Below, in pieces: positions 38,470-58,096 of a stretch of DNA of 64,000 nucleotides. Location of the stretch: the NCBI RefSeq assembly GCF_009914755.1, contig NC_060926.1. One strand, given 5' to 3'. A model generated the notes under the pieces. That model was not told the DNA's origin. It saw only the letters and a program-made list of their open reading frames with translations, and made no database searches. A program made the position numbers and the translations under genes. Every line of letters begins with the position of its first letter. Within the stretch, counting starts at the first letter, position 1. This DNA is from the human T2T-CHM13v2.0 reference genome, Homo sapiens.

Positions 38470-38673
38470 CTGTGTCTTTCCCCATTACTGCCCCCCGGGC
38501 AGTGCCCAACCTCGTGCCTGCCCTGGGGGCTCCGAAGCCCTGAATGGGACCAGCCTCAGGGTCTCTGAGGAGATATGCTGCCTGCCGCCTCTGTGAAGCG
38601 GGCACCTACCGCAGCCGGGCCCTGGATGCTCTACCCTTACAGCCCTGCCCGCCTGGATTCAGCTGCCCCCAGG
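38470..38673 (+). pseudogene. Exon (CVFPHYCPPGSAQPRACPGGSEALNGTSLRVSEEICC/fs/RLCEAGTYRSRALDALPLQPCPPGFSCPQ)
   Basis: Acceptor ctctgtctctgcag; donor AGG|GTGAGT; frameshift at tgctgcctgccg (~38576-38587). Confidence 0.9.
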
Positions 38674-39205
38674 GTGAGTCCCTGGGAGGCCTGGGCAGGA
38701 GCAGGGGGACCGGGACTGGAGGTGACCCAGAGTGGAGATCAGTGAGGCGGGTGGAGGCGCAGGCAGGGAGGGCCCCTCAGAGCCTGGGGACAGCCCAAGA
38801 GGCCTGGAGCAGCCCAAGACACAGACCCAAGAACATGTGGAGGATGGGGACACAGAGCAGGTGAGTGTCAGCTGCCTCCGTGTCAGGTTTAAAAGTCCTC
38901 TAGACACAGGGCAGAGCAGCATGCACACAGATGTGTCGGAGCCAGTGGCCCAGGCACTCTGGAGAGAAGGAAAGCCACTGCCCAGCGCCCCGCACCTGAC
39001 TGAGAGGGAGACCAAGGGGCTGGCGGGGAGGGTGAGGGGTTACAGGGCACAGAGCCCTCTACTGCCCCCACAATCTAGATTCTTCCCCCATTTACTGCAT
39101 TGTTTCCCCCCTCCCTCAGCAGGCATATCCCTACCCTGGACACCCCCAGTCCACTCTCAGTCCCTGCCTCGGCTGGGGCAGAATTTCCCCTCTGTGTTCC
39201 TCCAG

Positions 39206-39418
39206 GGTCAGAGAGCTACCAGGGCCATTCCTGCCCGGTGGGCCACTACTGCCCTGCAGGGACTCGCAGCCCAAGGCCCTGCCCAGCAGGGACCTTCAGA
39301 AGCAGCAGCAGGGCCAGGGCAGCTGAAGACTGCCGGCTCTGCCCTGCGGACACCTTCAGTGCCCTGCCTGGACAGGTGGGCTGCCTCACCTGCCAGAGCG
39401 CCGCTTTCTCTCCACCAG
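39206..39418 (+). pseudogene. Last recognisable exon (GSESYQGHSCPVGHYCPAGTRSPRPCPAGTFRSS...CRLCPADTFSALPGQVGCLTCQSAAFSPP)
   Basis: Acceptor ctctgtgttcctccag; followed by CAG|GCGAGT (GC donor); no stop codon. Confidence 0.9.
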
Positions 39419-40084
39419 GCGAGTGTCAGGTCTGCCTGCTCCAAATGCCCTGTCTGGGGCCTGCAGCTTTGAGGGCCCAAGATGTAAGGTTTCAGGAAAC
39501 AGCCACCTATGGCTGAGTGGAGCTGTTCTAGGAAAGCTGCAGGTGAGGGCAGGAGTCTCTCGGTGACTCCCACGCACTGGGTCGGGTGTGTGGATGGAGC
39601 AAGTGTGTATGCAAGGACTCCAGCAGGCAAAGGAGTGGGTGTGAGGGAACCAGCTCAGACCAGCCTCAGCCACTTGCTCAAGGTGGCTCGATGGATGGGG
39701 CCAGCACCGCTCTGAGGCCGTCTAACAGGCTGCAATGCTGCATCGCCCTCCGGGGAACACCCTCGTTCTGCTCACCCAAGTCAGTCCCTGGTCATAGGGT
39801 CAAGGGCAGAGCTGCAAGTGCAGCTCCCGGCTTTGAGCCAACAGTGCTGCTGATGTCTCCACTTCTCCCCATTTTGAGGTGTGGTCTTCTCATGGTCTTT
39901 GTTGTGGCACCCATTTGCAGGCAGTCCACTGTACAAACGGAAGTAACCAGATAATCTTGCGATAGATAATCCAAAAGTTACATGCGTCATACATAGTTAG
40001 CCTCAGTGGGGGCTCCAACTGAGGGCTGACCCCAGATCTCTGCTGATGGTGTTGGCAAGCTTCCTCTCTTAAAGCAATGGGAGT

Positions 40085-40320
40085 GCTTACCACATGCCAG
40101 GCATGTTCTAATGCTATCTAATGTCAGCTTATGTGATCCTCATGACAACTCTATGAACCAGACACAGTTATTATTATCCCTGTGTTATGAGTATGTAAAC
40201 TGAGGCACAGAGACTTTAAATAACTTGCCCACATCAGACGGTTAGTGATGGCAGAACCAGGATTTGAACCCAGTCTGGCTGACTCCCAGGTTCCTGCTGT
40301 CAACCGCCACACCATGACAC
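40085..40320 (-). mobile_element. MIR
   Basis: aaactgaggcacagagactttaaataacttgccc...gcagaaccaggatttgaacccag core. Similar fragments lie near 8520-8680, 11950-12080 and 12530-12680. Confidence 0.8.
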
Positions 40321-40679
40321 CTTCAGATGGTGTGATTTGAGGTGCCCAGGGATCTGCCATCGTTTCTTATCTTCCAGCTGAGGTATTCTGCCTCTGAGGT
40401 GACCAACCCCTGAATCTTGTGACCCCCCACCCATATACCTGGAGACCAGGGGCTGAGTAAAGTGGGTCCCAGAGGTGGTTGTGTCCAAATTACATTTCAC
40501 TGGTGGGTTCGTAACAATCACGTACAGGCATTTGTGTGCTTTTCCGTTATTGAGGGGTATATTTTTAACTGGGTTGGACATGTGATCGTAATATTGGTAG
40601 TGAAATGACCCTTAGATAACACTAAAACCTTTTCCAGGCTAATATTATTGCAGCCATTCTCTGTGACATGGAACTCTCC

Positions 40680-41086
40680 AGTCCGTGTTTGTCTGCTCTG
40701 TCTGCCATAGCTTAATCCCACAGATGGCGGGGCTTGAACAACAGAAACTTACCTCCTCAGAGTTCTAGAGGCTACAAGTCCAAGATCGAGGTGTCAGCAG
40801 GGTTGGTTTCTCCCAAGGCCTCTCTCCTTGGCTTGCAGCTGGTCACCTTCTCCCTGTGTTCCCACATGTTCTTTTCTCTGTGCCTCCATCTGGTGTCTCT
40901 GTGTGTGTCCAAATGTCCTCTTCTAATAAGGGCAACAGTCACATTGGAGTAGAGCCCCCTCCCACATCTTCATTTTGACCCAGTTATCTCTCAAGAGGCC
41001 CCACCTCCAGAGACTGTCACATTCTGAGGTACTGGGGGATAGGGCTTCTGTGTGTGAATCTAAGGAAACACAATTCAGCCCAAAAC
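40680..41086 (-). mobile_element. MLT1A-like MaLR LTR
   Basis: gttctagaggctacaagtccaagatcgaggtgtcagcagggttggtttct...cacattctgaggtactgggg...cacaattcagcc. Confidence 0.8.
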
Positions 41087-41199
41087 GGGGACCCTAATCG
41101 CCTCTGGGCTCAGCACCGGAACAAACAATGTTCTCCTCAGGCTGTGTCCCAATTATGCTTCTTTGCGTCTACGGTAAGTCCCGCTCCAGTTGATATACT

Positions 41200-41850
41200 C
41201 TCCTTTTTTATTTCCTGCAAATTTTGTTGATTTGTTATATATACAGGTTATGAGTTAAGGTTCAAAATAAATTTTTCCCAAATAGATATCCAATTGGCAT
41301 GGAACCTAACATGAATTATTACCCAGGTTTGTCATTAATCAAACATTTCATAAACATGCAGGTCTGTTTGGGAATCTCATGTCTGTTCCACAGGTGTTGT
41401 ACTCTATTCTTGTATAGATATCACCCTGTCCTAATCACTGTAGCTACATAAGTCTTAAATGAGTAGTCTGTCTTGCAACTTTGTTCTTTTCAACAACAAT
41501 GGCTATTTGTGGTCCTTGCATTTCCATATAATCAGATTATTAGCATCTACAAAGGAACCTGCTAGGATTTCTATTGGGATTTCATAGAAACAATTGATCC
41601 ATTGGCAGAGAAATGACATTATTACTATGTTGAGTCTTCTAGTTCTTGAACATGGCTTATCCTCCCATTTATTTATGTCTTCTTTTATTTTTCTAAACAG
41701 ATTTTTGTGGGTTTTTTGGGGGGGTAGAGATGGTGTGTATCTCGTTAGATTTATTATTGGACGTTTTATGTTGTAAATGCTATTAGGTTTTTAAATCTTT
41801 ATCTAGTAATGTTTTGTTTGTCTGAAAGGTGTGTTTTTTCAGCTTTATTC
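41200..41850 (-). mobile_element. Old L1M fragment
   Basis: Degenerate antisense ORF2 (gctaggattttctattgggatt..., tgacattattactatgttgagtcttc). Confidence 0.7.
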
Positions 41851-46522
<4,672 letters not shown>

Positions 46523-46769
46523 ACTTCTTTTTTATGAAAAAGATTCTAATAAGTACGGGCACAAAAAGAGGAAAAAACTAATACAATTAATGAAAGAATA
46601 TACAAATGTATGTTCTAGTTTTGTTGAATATTTATCATGATTTTTCTCCAACGTGTCACTACTTTGATGATATTTTGTGTAAAATTTGTAGTATTCTTGT
46701 AATAGTCTTCTTGAAGTGTTGTGATAGGTGCAGAAAACTGCAATGTCAGAAAAAAAACTGAATCATACT

Positions 46770-49156
46770 AATTAGAAAAATAGATGAGTGAGGCAGAAAA
46801 CTAACAAGGAAATTCTGACTTAAATTCAACACTTCACCAATTGGACCTAATAAAAATTGACAAAATGTTCCACCCAACAACCACAGAAGATACATTCTTT
46901 TCATTTGCACGTGGCATATACTCTAAGATCAATCACATATTTGGCCATAAAGCAAGTCTCAATAACTTTTTTTAATGAAGAAACAACACCAAGCATATTT
47001 TTGGACCACGGAGAATAAAAATAGAAGGCAATATCAAGAAGATACTTCAAAATCACACAATAAAATGGAAACTAAAGAACTTGTTTCTTAATAACTTTTG
47101 AGTTAACAAAATTAAAGCAGAAATCAAATAATTATTTAAAATAAATGAAAACAGAGACACAATTTACCAAAATCTCTGGAATGTAGAAAAAGCAGTATTA
47201 AGAAGAAAGTTTATAGTGCTTAAGTGGTTTGCCTACCTCAAAAAGCTAGAATGATACCAAATTATCAATCTAACATCACACCTAAAGGACCTAAAAAAAC
47301 AAGAACAAACTAATCCAAAGCTACCAGAATAAAATAAATAACAAAAATCACAGCAGAAATAAAATTGAGACCCAAAAAGCCATATAAAAGATCAATGAAA
47401 TTAAAATTTGGTTCTTTCAAAGAATACGTGAGATTGATAGAATGCTAGGTAGACTAACAAAGAAAGAAGATTCAAATAAATACAATCAGAACTGATACCC
47501 ACGGAAATACAAAAAAGCCTCAGAGACTATTATGAACACCTCTGTGCACACAAACTAGAAATCTAGAGGAAATGAATAAATTCCTAGAAACACAAAACCT
47601 CCCAAGGGAGAATTAGGAAGAAATTGAGATCCTGAACAGATCAACAGCAAGTTCGAAAAATATAAACCAGTAATAAAAAACCTACTAACCAAGAAATGTC
47701 CTAGACCAATTAGTTCACAGCCAAATTCTGCCAGACATGCAAAGAAGAGCTGGTGCCAATCCCACTGAAACATTCCCCAAAAATTGAGGAGAAGGAACTC
47801 CTCCCTAACTCATTCTATAAAACCAGCATCATCCTGATACCAAAATCTGACACAGGCACAACAAAAAAAGGAAACTACAGGCCAATATTCCTGATGAACA
47901 GACACAAAAATCCTCAACAAAATACTAGCAAACTGAATCCAGCGACACATCAAAAAGTTAATTCACCATGATTGAATAGGCTTTATTCATGGGAGGCAAG
48001 GTTGGTTCAACATATGCAAATAAATAAATGTGATTCACCAAATAAAATTTACAAAAAACATGAACACAAGTAAAAACTTCATGATCATCAACAGATGCAG
48101 AAAAAGTTTTAAATGAAACCCAACATCTCTTCATGATAAAAACCCTCAACAAATTAGACATCAAAGGAGTATACCTCAAAATAATGAGTTACCTATGACA
48201 AACCCGCAGCCAAGCTCATGCTGAACTGGCAAAAGCTGGATTCATTCCCCTTAAGCATCAGAACAAGACAATGTTGCCCATTCTCACTATTCTGACTCAA
48301 CATAGTACTGGTAGTCGTAGCAGAGCAGTTATGCAAGAGAAAGAAAAACAGGAAATTCAAACAGGAAAAGAATAAGTCAAATTATCTCTCTTCATAGATG
48401 ATATTACTCAATACCTATAAAACCTTAAAAGACTACCAAAAATTCAAACAACTGATAAATAACTTCAGTAAAATTTCAGAATATATAATCAATGTACAAA
48501 AGTCAGCAGCAGTTGTATACACCAATAACATCCAAGCTGAGAGCCAAATCAAGAATGCTATCCCATTTATTATGGCCACACAAAAAAATACCTAGGAATA
48601 TATCTAACCAAGGAGGTGAAAGAACTCCACAAGAATAACAAAAATTTCTGCTGAATAAAATCACAGATGACACAAACAAATGGAAAAACATTCCATGTTC
48701 ATGGATGGGAAGAATGAGTGTCATTAAAACGGCCGTACTGCCCAAAGCAATCTCTAGATTTAACACTATTCCTATTAAATTACCAATGTTGTTTTTCACA
48801 GAATTAGGAAAAACACTACTCTAAAATCCATATGGAATGAAAAAAAGAGCAGGAATCACCAAAGCAATCCTAAGCCAAAAAAAAAAAAAAAAAGAAGAAA
48901 AAAGAAAAAAGCCAGAGACATCACACTATCCAACTTTAAACTATATTAGAAGGCTACATAACCAAAACACTACAGTACTGGTACAAAAACAGATACATAG
49001 ACCAGTGGGACAGAATAGAGAACCTAGAAATAAAGTCACACACCTACAACCAAGTGAACATCCGTGAAGCTGACAAAAATAAGCAATAGGGAAAGGACTC
49101 CGTATTCAATAAATAGTGCTGGGATAACTGCCTATCCATAGGCAGAATGAAACTGG
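46770..49156 (+). mobile_element. Older L1P (L1PB/old L1PA) ORF2 segment
   Basis: Sense ORF2 remnants ([16 protein letters not shown]..., [27 protein letters not shown]) with many stops. Confidence 0.93.
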
Positions 49157-49602
<446 letters not shown>

Positions 49603-52600
49603 TTTTTTCAAATGTCCCACGTTTATTTACATATGAAATGTGTTTCATACAGTTATGATGGATGGAGTGTATAACACCTGACAGCAGCAAGACCTTTCGA
49701 GGAACCGAACATTGACTACAGTATATCATGCAAGTGTCTATATATACACAAAATAATTCCTTTTCTTAAAAAAAAAAGTACAAAACATGTTCAGGGATAA
49801 ATACAAGATATAAAATTCAAAAGAAAACACAAAACAAAACCAAAAAATATAACTCTCTCAGAGAACTATAAACGGAAGGGACAGAAGAGTACCTCTACTG
49901 CATTTTAGTAAAGCAGAACTGCCGACGTTAAATGTACCTCTTGAAATGGCTGAACTAATCCCGTGTGGCTCAGTGCTTAAGGTAACGGCCAATTGTGACA
50001 CACAGCCGGCTGCATTGATAAGTCGGTGGTTGACGTCGTGCATCCCACCTCTAAGCACCAGAACGTTTGGCAGTAGCACCCAGAACAGGAAACGCCAACT
50101 CTTTTGACAGCAAAGGATTAAGTCAGCTGATTTTTTTTTCTATCAAGAGCCAGAGAAATACTTGATATTCTTAGTTGTGTTTCTGTAATAGTTAATAAAT
50201 TACATGACAAAAACCTGACTATATAGATCTATTGGTCTAACTACGTATTTGTAACTTTTACAGTAGTCCAGCCCTTTTGTTACTTTTCCTCCTTGTGCTC
50301 TTAAAGCCAGACTTGCAGATCTACCCAGAAAACCTGTCCCATTTTTTTTCTTCTTTAGAATAGCCTTCCCCATTCCTCAAAATGGAATTGAGGAAATCAG
50401 CATTCCTTATTAGATTCCTGGCTTCAGTTTTTATCCACGGCTGGGAAAGGAGCGACCTGCAAGGCTGCTTTAGACACCCTTCGGCGTGGCCTGAAGACAA
50501 AGACATGCCCACACTGGAGTGCAGTTGTCTCAAACGTGTACTCGCTCCCTCAGGGCAGGCACATGGAGGAGGTGCTAAGACATTTAAAAGTTCCTAGTGT
50601 TTTTGAGACCCACGATTACTTCCAATTTATGTAGTGAATTCTAACAATTAAAAACACTAAAAAAGGCATTATTTTAGCCTGTAATTAGTTAACCCATTCA
50701 AATTCGAAACATACAAAATGATTTATTTGAATTCAGGAACTGCCCCTGTTACTAAGAACTCTGTTTTAAAGAAACAGCACAAAAAGAAAAATTCTAACCC
50801 AAAACAACTCAAAACGTTTTCCACTGAATACTGATACAAACATGTAACAAAGAGTATAAAAAGTTATTCATTTAAATATATACAAACTCTTTTAAACTCA
50901 AAATCTGTTTTAATACTTAATGAGGATATATATGACAAGATGAAGAAGGAAGGCACGTTGAAAGAGAATATATTGCAACAGCCTAGACAGTATTGTTAAC
51001 TCTATTATACTGCAAACTTTGTGTAACAAAAGTGTCTTATGCCAATGTGGACAGGGATTTTCCTCATGGAGCGTCTGTGGCTATTTCTCGTCTGAGCTCA
51101 TCCTTTTGGATTTGATGAAGGCCATACCATGTGTCTGCATGTGAGTTTTTAAGGCAGCTTCAGTTTCAAAAGTTTTTGCGCACACTTTGCACTTTCTGTC
51201 TGACATGGCGCCATTGGGAGATTCATCCTCGTGACTGGGTTTGTTCTCCTGTTGGTTATCTTCCCCAGCCCCGTTTTGCTTGGACACTGGCTGAGGTTCC
51301 TTTAACTTGTGTACAACAAAGAGGTGCCTGGACAGAGAGACGTGACATGTAGCAGAGGCCACACTCCCGGCACTGGTAGAAAGAACCATCCGATTTGTGC
51401 TGAGGGATGTGTTCGTGGAACTGCAGCAGGTTTTCGGTGGTGAAGCCACACACGGCACACTTGTGAACCTTAAAAACATTGATTTCCAGCTTTGGTTGAG
51501 TGATTGCTCCTCTGGGAGGCCTGAACTCCAGAACCGGTTCTTTCAACTTCCACTTGGGACTGGGGACCTTGGGGTCTTCTTTTATTTCTGTTTCCTCCTC
51601 ATTGATGGCGTCTATCATTTCTTTCAGGTCAGGGTCCTTGATGCCATGCGTCAGCTGGACATGCTTCTCCAACATCAACTGTTTGGTAAAGGTACCTCTA
51701 GAGTCTGAGCAGTGTGAACAGGTGTACACTTTCCTGATGACTTTGTGCTTGATCCGGTTGTGCCAGCACAGGCTGTGGGACGAGCTGAAAGGCTTGTCAC
51801 GCTGGCAGCAGGGTTGTTTCTTCATTTGTTTCCCATGCTCCTTCCTGACGTGGGATATGTACACATCTCTCTGCATGAACAGGCGGTCACACTCCCAACA
51901 TGTCCACCCAGGACTGGCCACTTTCTTGGTTTCCACTGATTTTTTTCAAAGGAGATGGAGATTTCTTTTCCAATTTCTCTTTCCCATTCATGGATTTGCT
52001 GTCCTCTTTGTTCTGATATGCTGAATTATAAGTTGCAGGCTTAATGCTCAAAGGCAAGTTTACACCCAAGTTGGCCCTTCAATGCTTTGCAATGTCCCAT
52101 GCATAGACTTGATATGGTCCACCATAAGTTGCTTCTGTGCATATAAAAGAGAACAGTCTGGACACCTGAGAACAGACACCTTCTGGTTTTCAATGTGTTG
52201 GTCAAAGTGGCGATACAGCAAGGTTTGCAGGGTGAACACAGTGTTGCACATGGAACACTTATATATTATTTTTGATTCTCCTATCTTGATGCTAGGATGC
52301 TGTGTGTAGGTGTGGGAATGTGTGCTTGGGGCAGACTTAAACGTCATTGGACAAATAGGACACTTGTAGAAGACTTCACAGTGAGAACCTTGAAGGCGAG
52401 ACTTCAGAGCAGCCACATCAGAGTACACAACATTGCAACGTACACATCAAAAACCAACTCTCCTTGTGTAGTGCAGACAGTTCTTGGTGACGTGGGTCTG
52501 GAAGTGCACCAACCTGCAGATGGCCCTGCACTCAGGGCAGGTTTAAGGAGATTTGTGCTGATGGATTCTCTGCACTGGTTAGGAAGCAGCATCTGGCAGA

Positions 52601-54212
52601 TAGTACAAGTCTTTTGTCCACTCATATCTGCAGCCTGCTGGAAATGTGTAGCCAGCGATGTCTTGTCCTGGAAGATTTCATTACACTCCAAACATTTTAG
52701 ATTATGTCTACACAGCTTGGAGGGGTCTTCATCTAGGGGCATGGCTGTAGTGCTGGGAGTTCTTGAAGGAGCCGATATGACTGTCCCAGTTATGCCAGAC
52801 TGAATTTTTGTGACAGTGTGTATGCCAGCTCCCACAGGGCTCTGAAGAGTGGATTTTTCCTCTGATGAAGAAGAAGTATTGGTTGATGGAGAAACTATCG
52901 TTTGACCTGCTGGGACTGGCTTTAAAATTGAGTAGGAACATTGCATTACCACCCCTTTCTCCTTATGCCCACGGGCATGGGAAAGGAGGCTGCATTTGTT
53001 GTAAAAAAACGAGGTTCTTTGTACAAAGGTTGCATGTTACTTCGATGCACACGCTCCATCTGTCATAGTGCTGGGTCAGACTCTTTTCAAGTTCAAAGGA
53101 GTCCCTACACTCCAAGCACTTGTACCAAGGCATCAGTAATGTGATCCCTGCATTGGCAGGAGGACTGAGGTTTGGGATGTAAATGGACTGGATTGACACT
53201 GCTCAGCACCTTGTTGAAAGTTTCCACCACAGAACTCTGCAAGGACGACACCACCCGGACTCGAGACACCTTTCTGGGGGCTTGTGAGGCTGCTGCATTA
53301 ATTATTGCCTTCTTTATCTGTTGCTGAGTTTTGATTGACACTTGGCAGAGTTCAGAGGTGGCCTGGGCAACCTGAGGCAGAAGGTTAAGGTTGGCAAGAT
53401 GCAGTCTTTGGCACAAGTTTGGCATTGGCCAGGCTGGATGCTGGCATCATGACAGTTTGCTGCTGGATGGCATTGGCAGCTTTAATGATGGTGCTGCTGG
53501 CACTCTGGACAGAGGCAGCAGGTACGACCGTGGCTTTCACCGTGGTGTTGTTAGCGAGCTTCAAATTAATGACTTGGGATCCTGCTGTCTTCACAGCAGA
53601 CACTGGGAGGAAAGCAGTAGCCACAGGCTTGATTGTGACCTGTTTAGGGGTGGGCTCTGCAGAGGAAACTGCATTGGTCACCACTGCAGACTGGAGAGGC
53701 ACCCTGGCGGGAGAGGAAAGGGTGGCAGCTGATGCGGGAGACGACAGAAGGGATGTCACAGAGGCCATCACAGACACCGTCTGCTCGGAAGGTTTCTTCC
53801 CAGAGTCAAGATCCACTTCTGGCAATACCCTGGTCACTGTTCTCTTGATTTCCCCAGAAGACGTCTTAGTGGTTTTTATGCGGACTTTGGGGATTGGTGG
53901 TGTGGACCCTGCGGGAGAAGCCGGGGTTCCTTTGATGCTGTTCTCACTTGAGATGTTTCTGGGACTATCCAGTTGCTTTAGGGATGTTTTTTTGGTCCCG
54001 TCGATGAGATTCTGGGATTCAGGAGACTTGTCGGCGGCTCTCGGACTGTCGTTTACTTCTTTTGATAACGAGGAGGATTCCCTCGAATTGGCCACTTGTT
54101 CTTTGGAGGAGTCTGATGCCACCTTTTTAGTGCTGAGAGCTGCGATGGCAGTGATGCAGGACAAGAAGTTGGAGAACGACTTTGTTTTTGATGGCGCAAT
54201 GCCGGGGAGCCC
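49603..54212 (-). pseudogene. ZNF532: ZNF532 processed pseudogene, 5'-truncated, with 3'UTR
   Basis: Intronless, frameshifted pieces match recalled ZNF532 (IPKVRIKTTKTSSGEIKRTVTRV; [22 protein letters not shown]; C-terminus HGMAFIKSKRMSSDEK*, stop at 51081). About 1.5 kb of 3'UTR, AATAAA (tttatt at 49622-49627) and an oligo-A remnant follow. Confidence 0.93.
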
Positions 54213-54350
54213 AAAAATTTCATATACAGTCAAACAAACTTCATAAGCAAAGGAGAAGATACTTTTCAGACAAGCAAATGTTAAGGGAATTTATCACCAC
54301 CAGACCTGCCTTAAAAGAGGTCTCTAAGGGAGTGTTAAATATAGAAACAA

Positions 54351-54650
54351 GCCAGGCGCAGTGGCTCACGCCTGTAATCCTAGCACTTCAGGAGGCTGAG
54401 GCAGGCGGATCACTTGAGCCCAGGAGTTCAAAACCAGACTGGGCAACATGGTGAAACCCTGTCTCTACAAAAAATATAAAAATCAGCTAGGAATGGTGGT
54501 ATGCGCCTGTGGTCCCAACCACTCAGGAGACTAAGGCAGGAGGATGGCTTGAGCCCAGGAAGCAGAGGTTGCAGTGAGCCCAGATCATACCATTGCACTC
54601 TGCCTGGGCAGCAGAGTGAGATCCTGTCTCAAAATAAAATAAAATAAATA
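54351..54650 (+). mobile_element. Alu (J or old S) inside the L1
   Basis: Full Alu with an (AAAAT)n tail; TSD-like aaatatagaaacaa / aaatatgaaaacaa. Confidence 0.92.
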
Positions 54651-54884
54651 TGAAAACAAAAGACCATTACCAGTCATCACAAAAACACACTTAAATACAT
54701 AGACCATTAATGCTACAAAGCAACTACAAAATCAAGTCTAGTCTGCATAATAACCAGCTAAAAATATATATATATAAGGACAGGATCAATTCCATACATA
54801 GAATTATTAACTTTGAATGTAAGTGGGCTAAATGCCCCAATTGAAATGCACAGAGTGGCAAGTTGAATAAAGAAGCGAGACCCA

Positions 54885-55195
54885 CTTGGGTGCAATGGCT
54901 CATGTCTGTAATCCCAGCACTTTGGGAGACCAAGGTGGGCAGATCGCTTAAGCCCAGGTGTTCGAGACCAGCCTGGGCAACATGGGAAAAACTCATCTCT
55001 ATAAAAAATATAAAATTAGTTAGGCACGGTGGCCTGCACTTGTAGTCCCAGCTACTCCAGAAGTTGAAGTGTAAAGATCACCTGAACTCAGGAGATTGAG
55101 GCTTCAGTAAGCCATAATTGTGCCACTGCATTCCAGCATGGGTGAAAGAGACAGAACGGTCTCAAAAAATTAAAAACAAACAAACAAACAAACAA
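54885..55195 (+). mobile_element. AluJ inside the L1
   Basis: Diverged Alu with an (AAAC)n tail. Confidence 0.9.
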
Positions 55196-57417
55196 GACCC
55201 AACTGTATGCCATCTTCAAGAGACCCATCTCACACATGCAATGACACAGATAGGCTCAAAGTAACGGGATGGAGGAAAATCTACCAAGTAAACAGAAAAC
55301 AAAAACAAAACAAACAAACAAAAAATTAGCAGGGGCTGCTATTCTAATTTCAGACAAAACAGACTTTAAGTCAACAACAATCAAAAAATACAAAGAAGGG
55401 CATTACATAATGGTAAAGTGTTCAATTCAACAAGAAGACTTAACTCTTCTAAATATATATGCATCCAACACAAGAATTATGTGTGCACCCAGGGAGCACC
55501 CAGATTCATAAAAACAAGTTCTTAGAGACCTGTGAGGAGACTTAAATTTCCACACAATCATAGTGGGAGACTTCAACCCTCCACTGACAGTATTAGACAG
55601 ATCATCAAGGCAGAAAACTAAAAAATATATGACCTGAACTCAACACTTGACCAAATGGAACTAACAGACATCTACAGAATTCCCCACCCCAAAACAACAG
55701 AATATATATTATTCTCATCACCACGTGGTGCATACTCTAAAACTGACCACACAATCAGACAAAAAACAATTCTCAAAAAATTTTTAAAAATTGAAATCAT
55801 ACCAATTACACTCTCAAACCACAGCACAATAAAAATAGAAGCAAATACTAAGAAGATTGCTCAAAACCATAAAATTACATGGAAATTGAACAACCTGCTC
55901 TTGAATGACTGCTAGGTAAATTATGAAATTAAGGCAGAAATAAAGCTTCAAAACCAAAGAAAAAAAAGATAAGACATACCAGAATCTGTGTGACACAGCT
56001 AAAGCACTGTTAAGAGGAAAGTTTATAGCATTAAATGCTCATGTCAAAAAGTTAGAAAGATCTCCAATTAACAACATAGCATCACACCTAGAAGAACTAG
56101 AAAAACAAGATCAAACCAACCCTAAAACTAGAAGAAGACAAGAAATAACTGAAATCAGAGCCGAACTGAAATAAAGTGATGCATGAAAAAACATACAAAA
56201 GATCAATAAAACCAGAAGTTTTTTTTAAAGACTAAATAAGATAGCTAGAACGCTAACTAGACTAACAGCAGAAGAAAGAGAAAATCCAAATAAACACAAT
56301 CAAAATTGACAAAGGAGACATTATCAATGACCCTACAGAAATACAAAAACTCTGAGACCATTATGAACACCTCTAGGCACACAAACTAGAAAACCTACAA
56401 AATGTGGAAAAATTCCTGAAAACACAACTCCCCAAAATTGAACCAGGAAGAAACTGAAACCCTGAACAGACTAATAATGAGTTTTGAAATTGAATCAGTA
56501 ATAAAATAATTTCCATCTAATTTTATGATTTTGAGCAAGAAAAAGCCCAGGATCAGATGAATTCACAGCCAAATTCTACCAGACGTATAAAGAAGAGCTG
56601 CTACCATCCCTGCTTGAAACTATTCCAAACAATTGAGGACCAGAGACTCCTCACTAACTCATTCTATGAGGCAAGCATCATTCTGATACCAAAGCCTGGC
56701 AGAGACACAGCAAAGAAAAAACTACAGGCCAATATCCTTGATGAACACAGATGCAAAAATCCTCAACAAAATACTAGCAAACTGAATCTACCAGCACATC
56801 AAAAAGCTAATCCACCATAATCAAGCAGGGTTTATGCCTGGGATGCAAGGTTGGTTCAACATATGCAAATCAATAAATGTGACTTATCACATAAACAGAA
56901 CTGAAAACAAAAACCACATAATCATCTCAATAGATGCAAAAAAGACTTTTGATAAAATTCAACATCCCTTTATGTTAAAAACCCTTAATAAACTAGGTAT
57001 TGAGGGAACATACCTCAAAATAATGAGAGCCATTTATGACAAACCCACGGCCAACATCACACTGAACAGGCAGAAGCTGGGATCATTCCCCTTGAGAAGT
57101 GGAACAAGACAAGGATACCCACTCCCATCACTCCTATTTAACACAGTACTAGAAATCCTAGCCAGGACAATCAGGCAAGAGAAAGAAGTAAAGGCATCCA
57201 AATAGGAAGACAGGAAGTCAAACTATCTCTGTTTGCAGATAACATGATTTTATACCTAGAAAACCCCATAGTCTCTGCCTAAAAGCTCCTAGATCTAATA
57301 AACAACTTCAGCAAAGTTTCAGGATACAAAATCAAGGTACACAAATCAGCAGTATTTCTATACACCAACAATATCCAAGCTGAGTGCCAAATCAAGAATG
57401 CCATTTAATTCACAATA

Positions 57418-57459
<42 letters not shown>

Positions 57460-58096
57460 TACCAAGGAATAAAGGGAACCAGGGAGGTGAAAGATCTCTA
57501 CAACAAGAAAACAAGAATTACAAAGCACTGCTGAAAGAAATCAGAGCTGACCCAAACAAATCGAAAAACACTCCATGCTCAAGGATAGAAAGAATCAATA
57601 TTGTTAAAATTGCCACATACTATCAAAAGCAATCTCTAGATTCAATGTTATTCCTATCAAACTACCAATGTCATTTTTCACAGAATTAGAAAAAAAACCT
57701 ATTCTAAAATTTATAAGGAACTAAAAAGGAGCACAAATCACCAAAGCAATCCTAAGCAAAAAGAACAAAGCGGGAGGCATCACACTACCTCACTTCAAAC
57801 TATACTACAAGGCTACAGTAACCAAAACAGCATGGTATTGGTACAAAAACAGACACATAGACCATTAGAAAAGGATAAAGAACCCAGAAATGAAGCCACA
57901 CGTCTACAACTAACTGATCTTTGGCAAAGGTGACAAAAATAAGCAATAGGAAAAGGGCTTCCTATTCAATAAATGATTCCAGGATAACTGGCTATCTAGA
58001 TGCCAGAATGAAACTAGACCCCTACTTATCACCATATACAAAAATTAACTCAAGAGGGATTAAAGACTTAAATGTAAGACTTCGAACTATAAAAAC

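Larger units (their letters stand above)
54213..58096 (+). mobile_element. Older L1P (ORF1 end through ORF2) with two nested Alus
   Basis: ORF1 end '[19 protein letters not shown]'; EN and RT remnants '[14 protein letters not shown]...'; (CA)n at ~57419-57456. Confidence 0.93.

Noticed and set aside
41141-41173. 33-nt phase 1-1 exon-like segment (ttctcctcag...ACG|GTAAGT; GCVPIMLLCVY)
   Set aside because: Good splice signals but no repeat motif, and it sits between transposon fragments; cannot be tied to the gene without ortholog data.
51081-54246. ZNF532-like ORFs as a functional gene, and the 275-aa antisense ORF
   Set aside because: Intronless, 5'-truncated and repeatedly frameshifted; the antisense ORF is a shadow of coding sequence.
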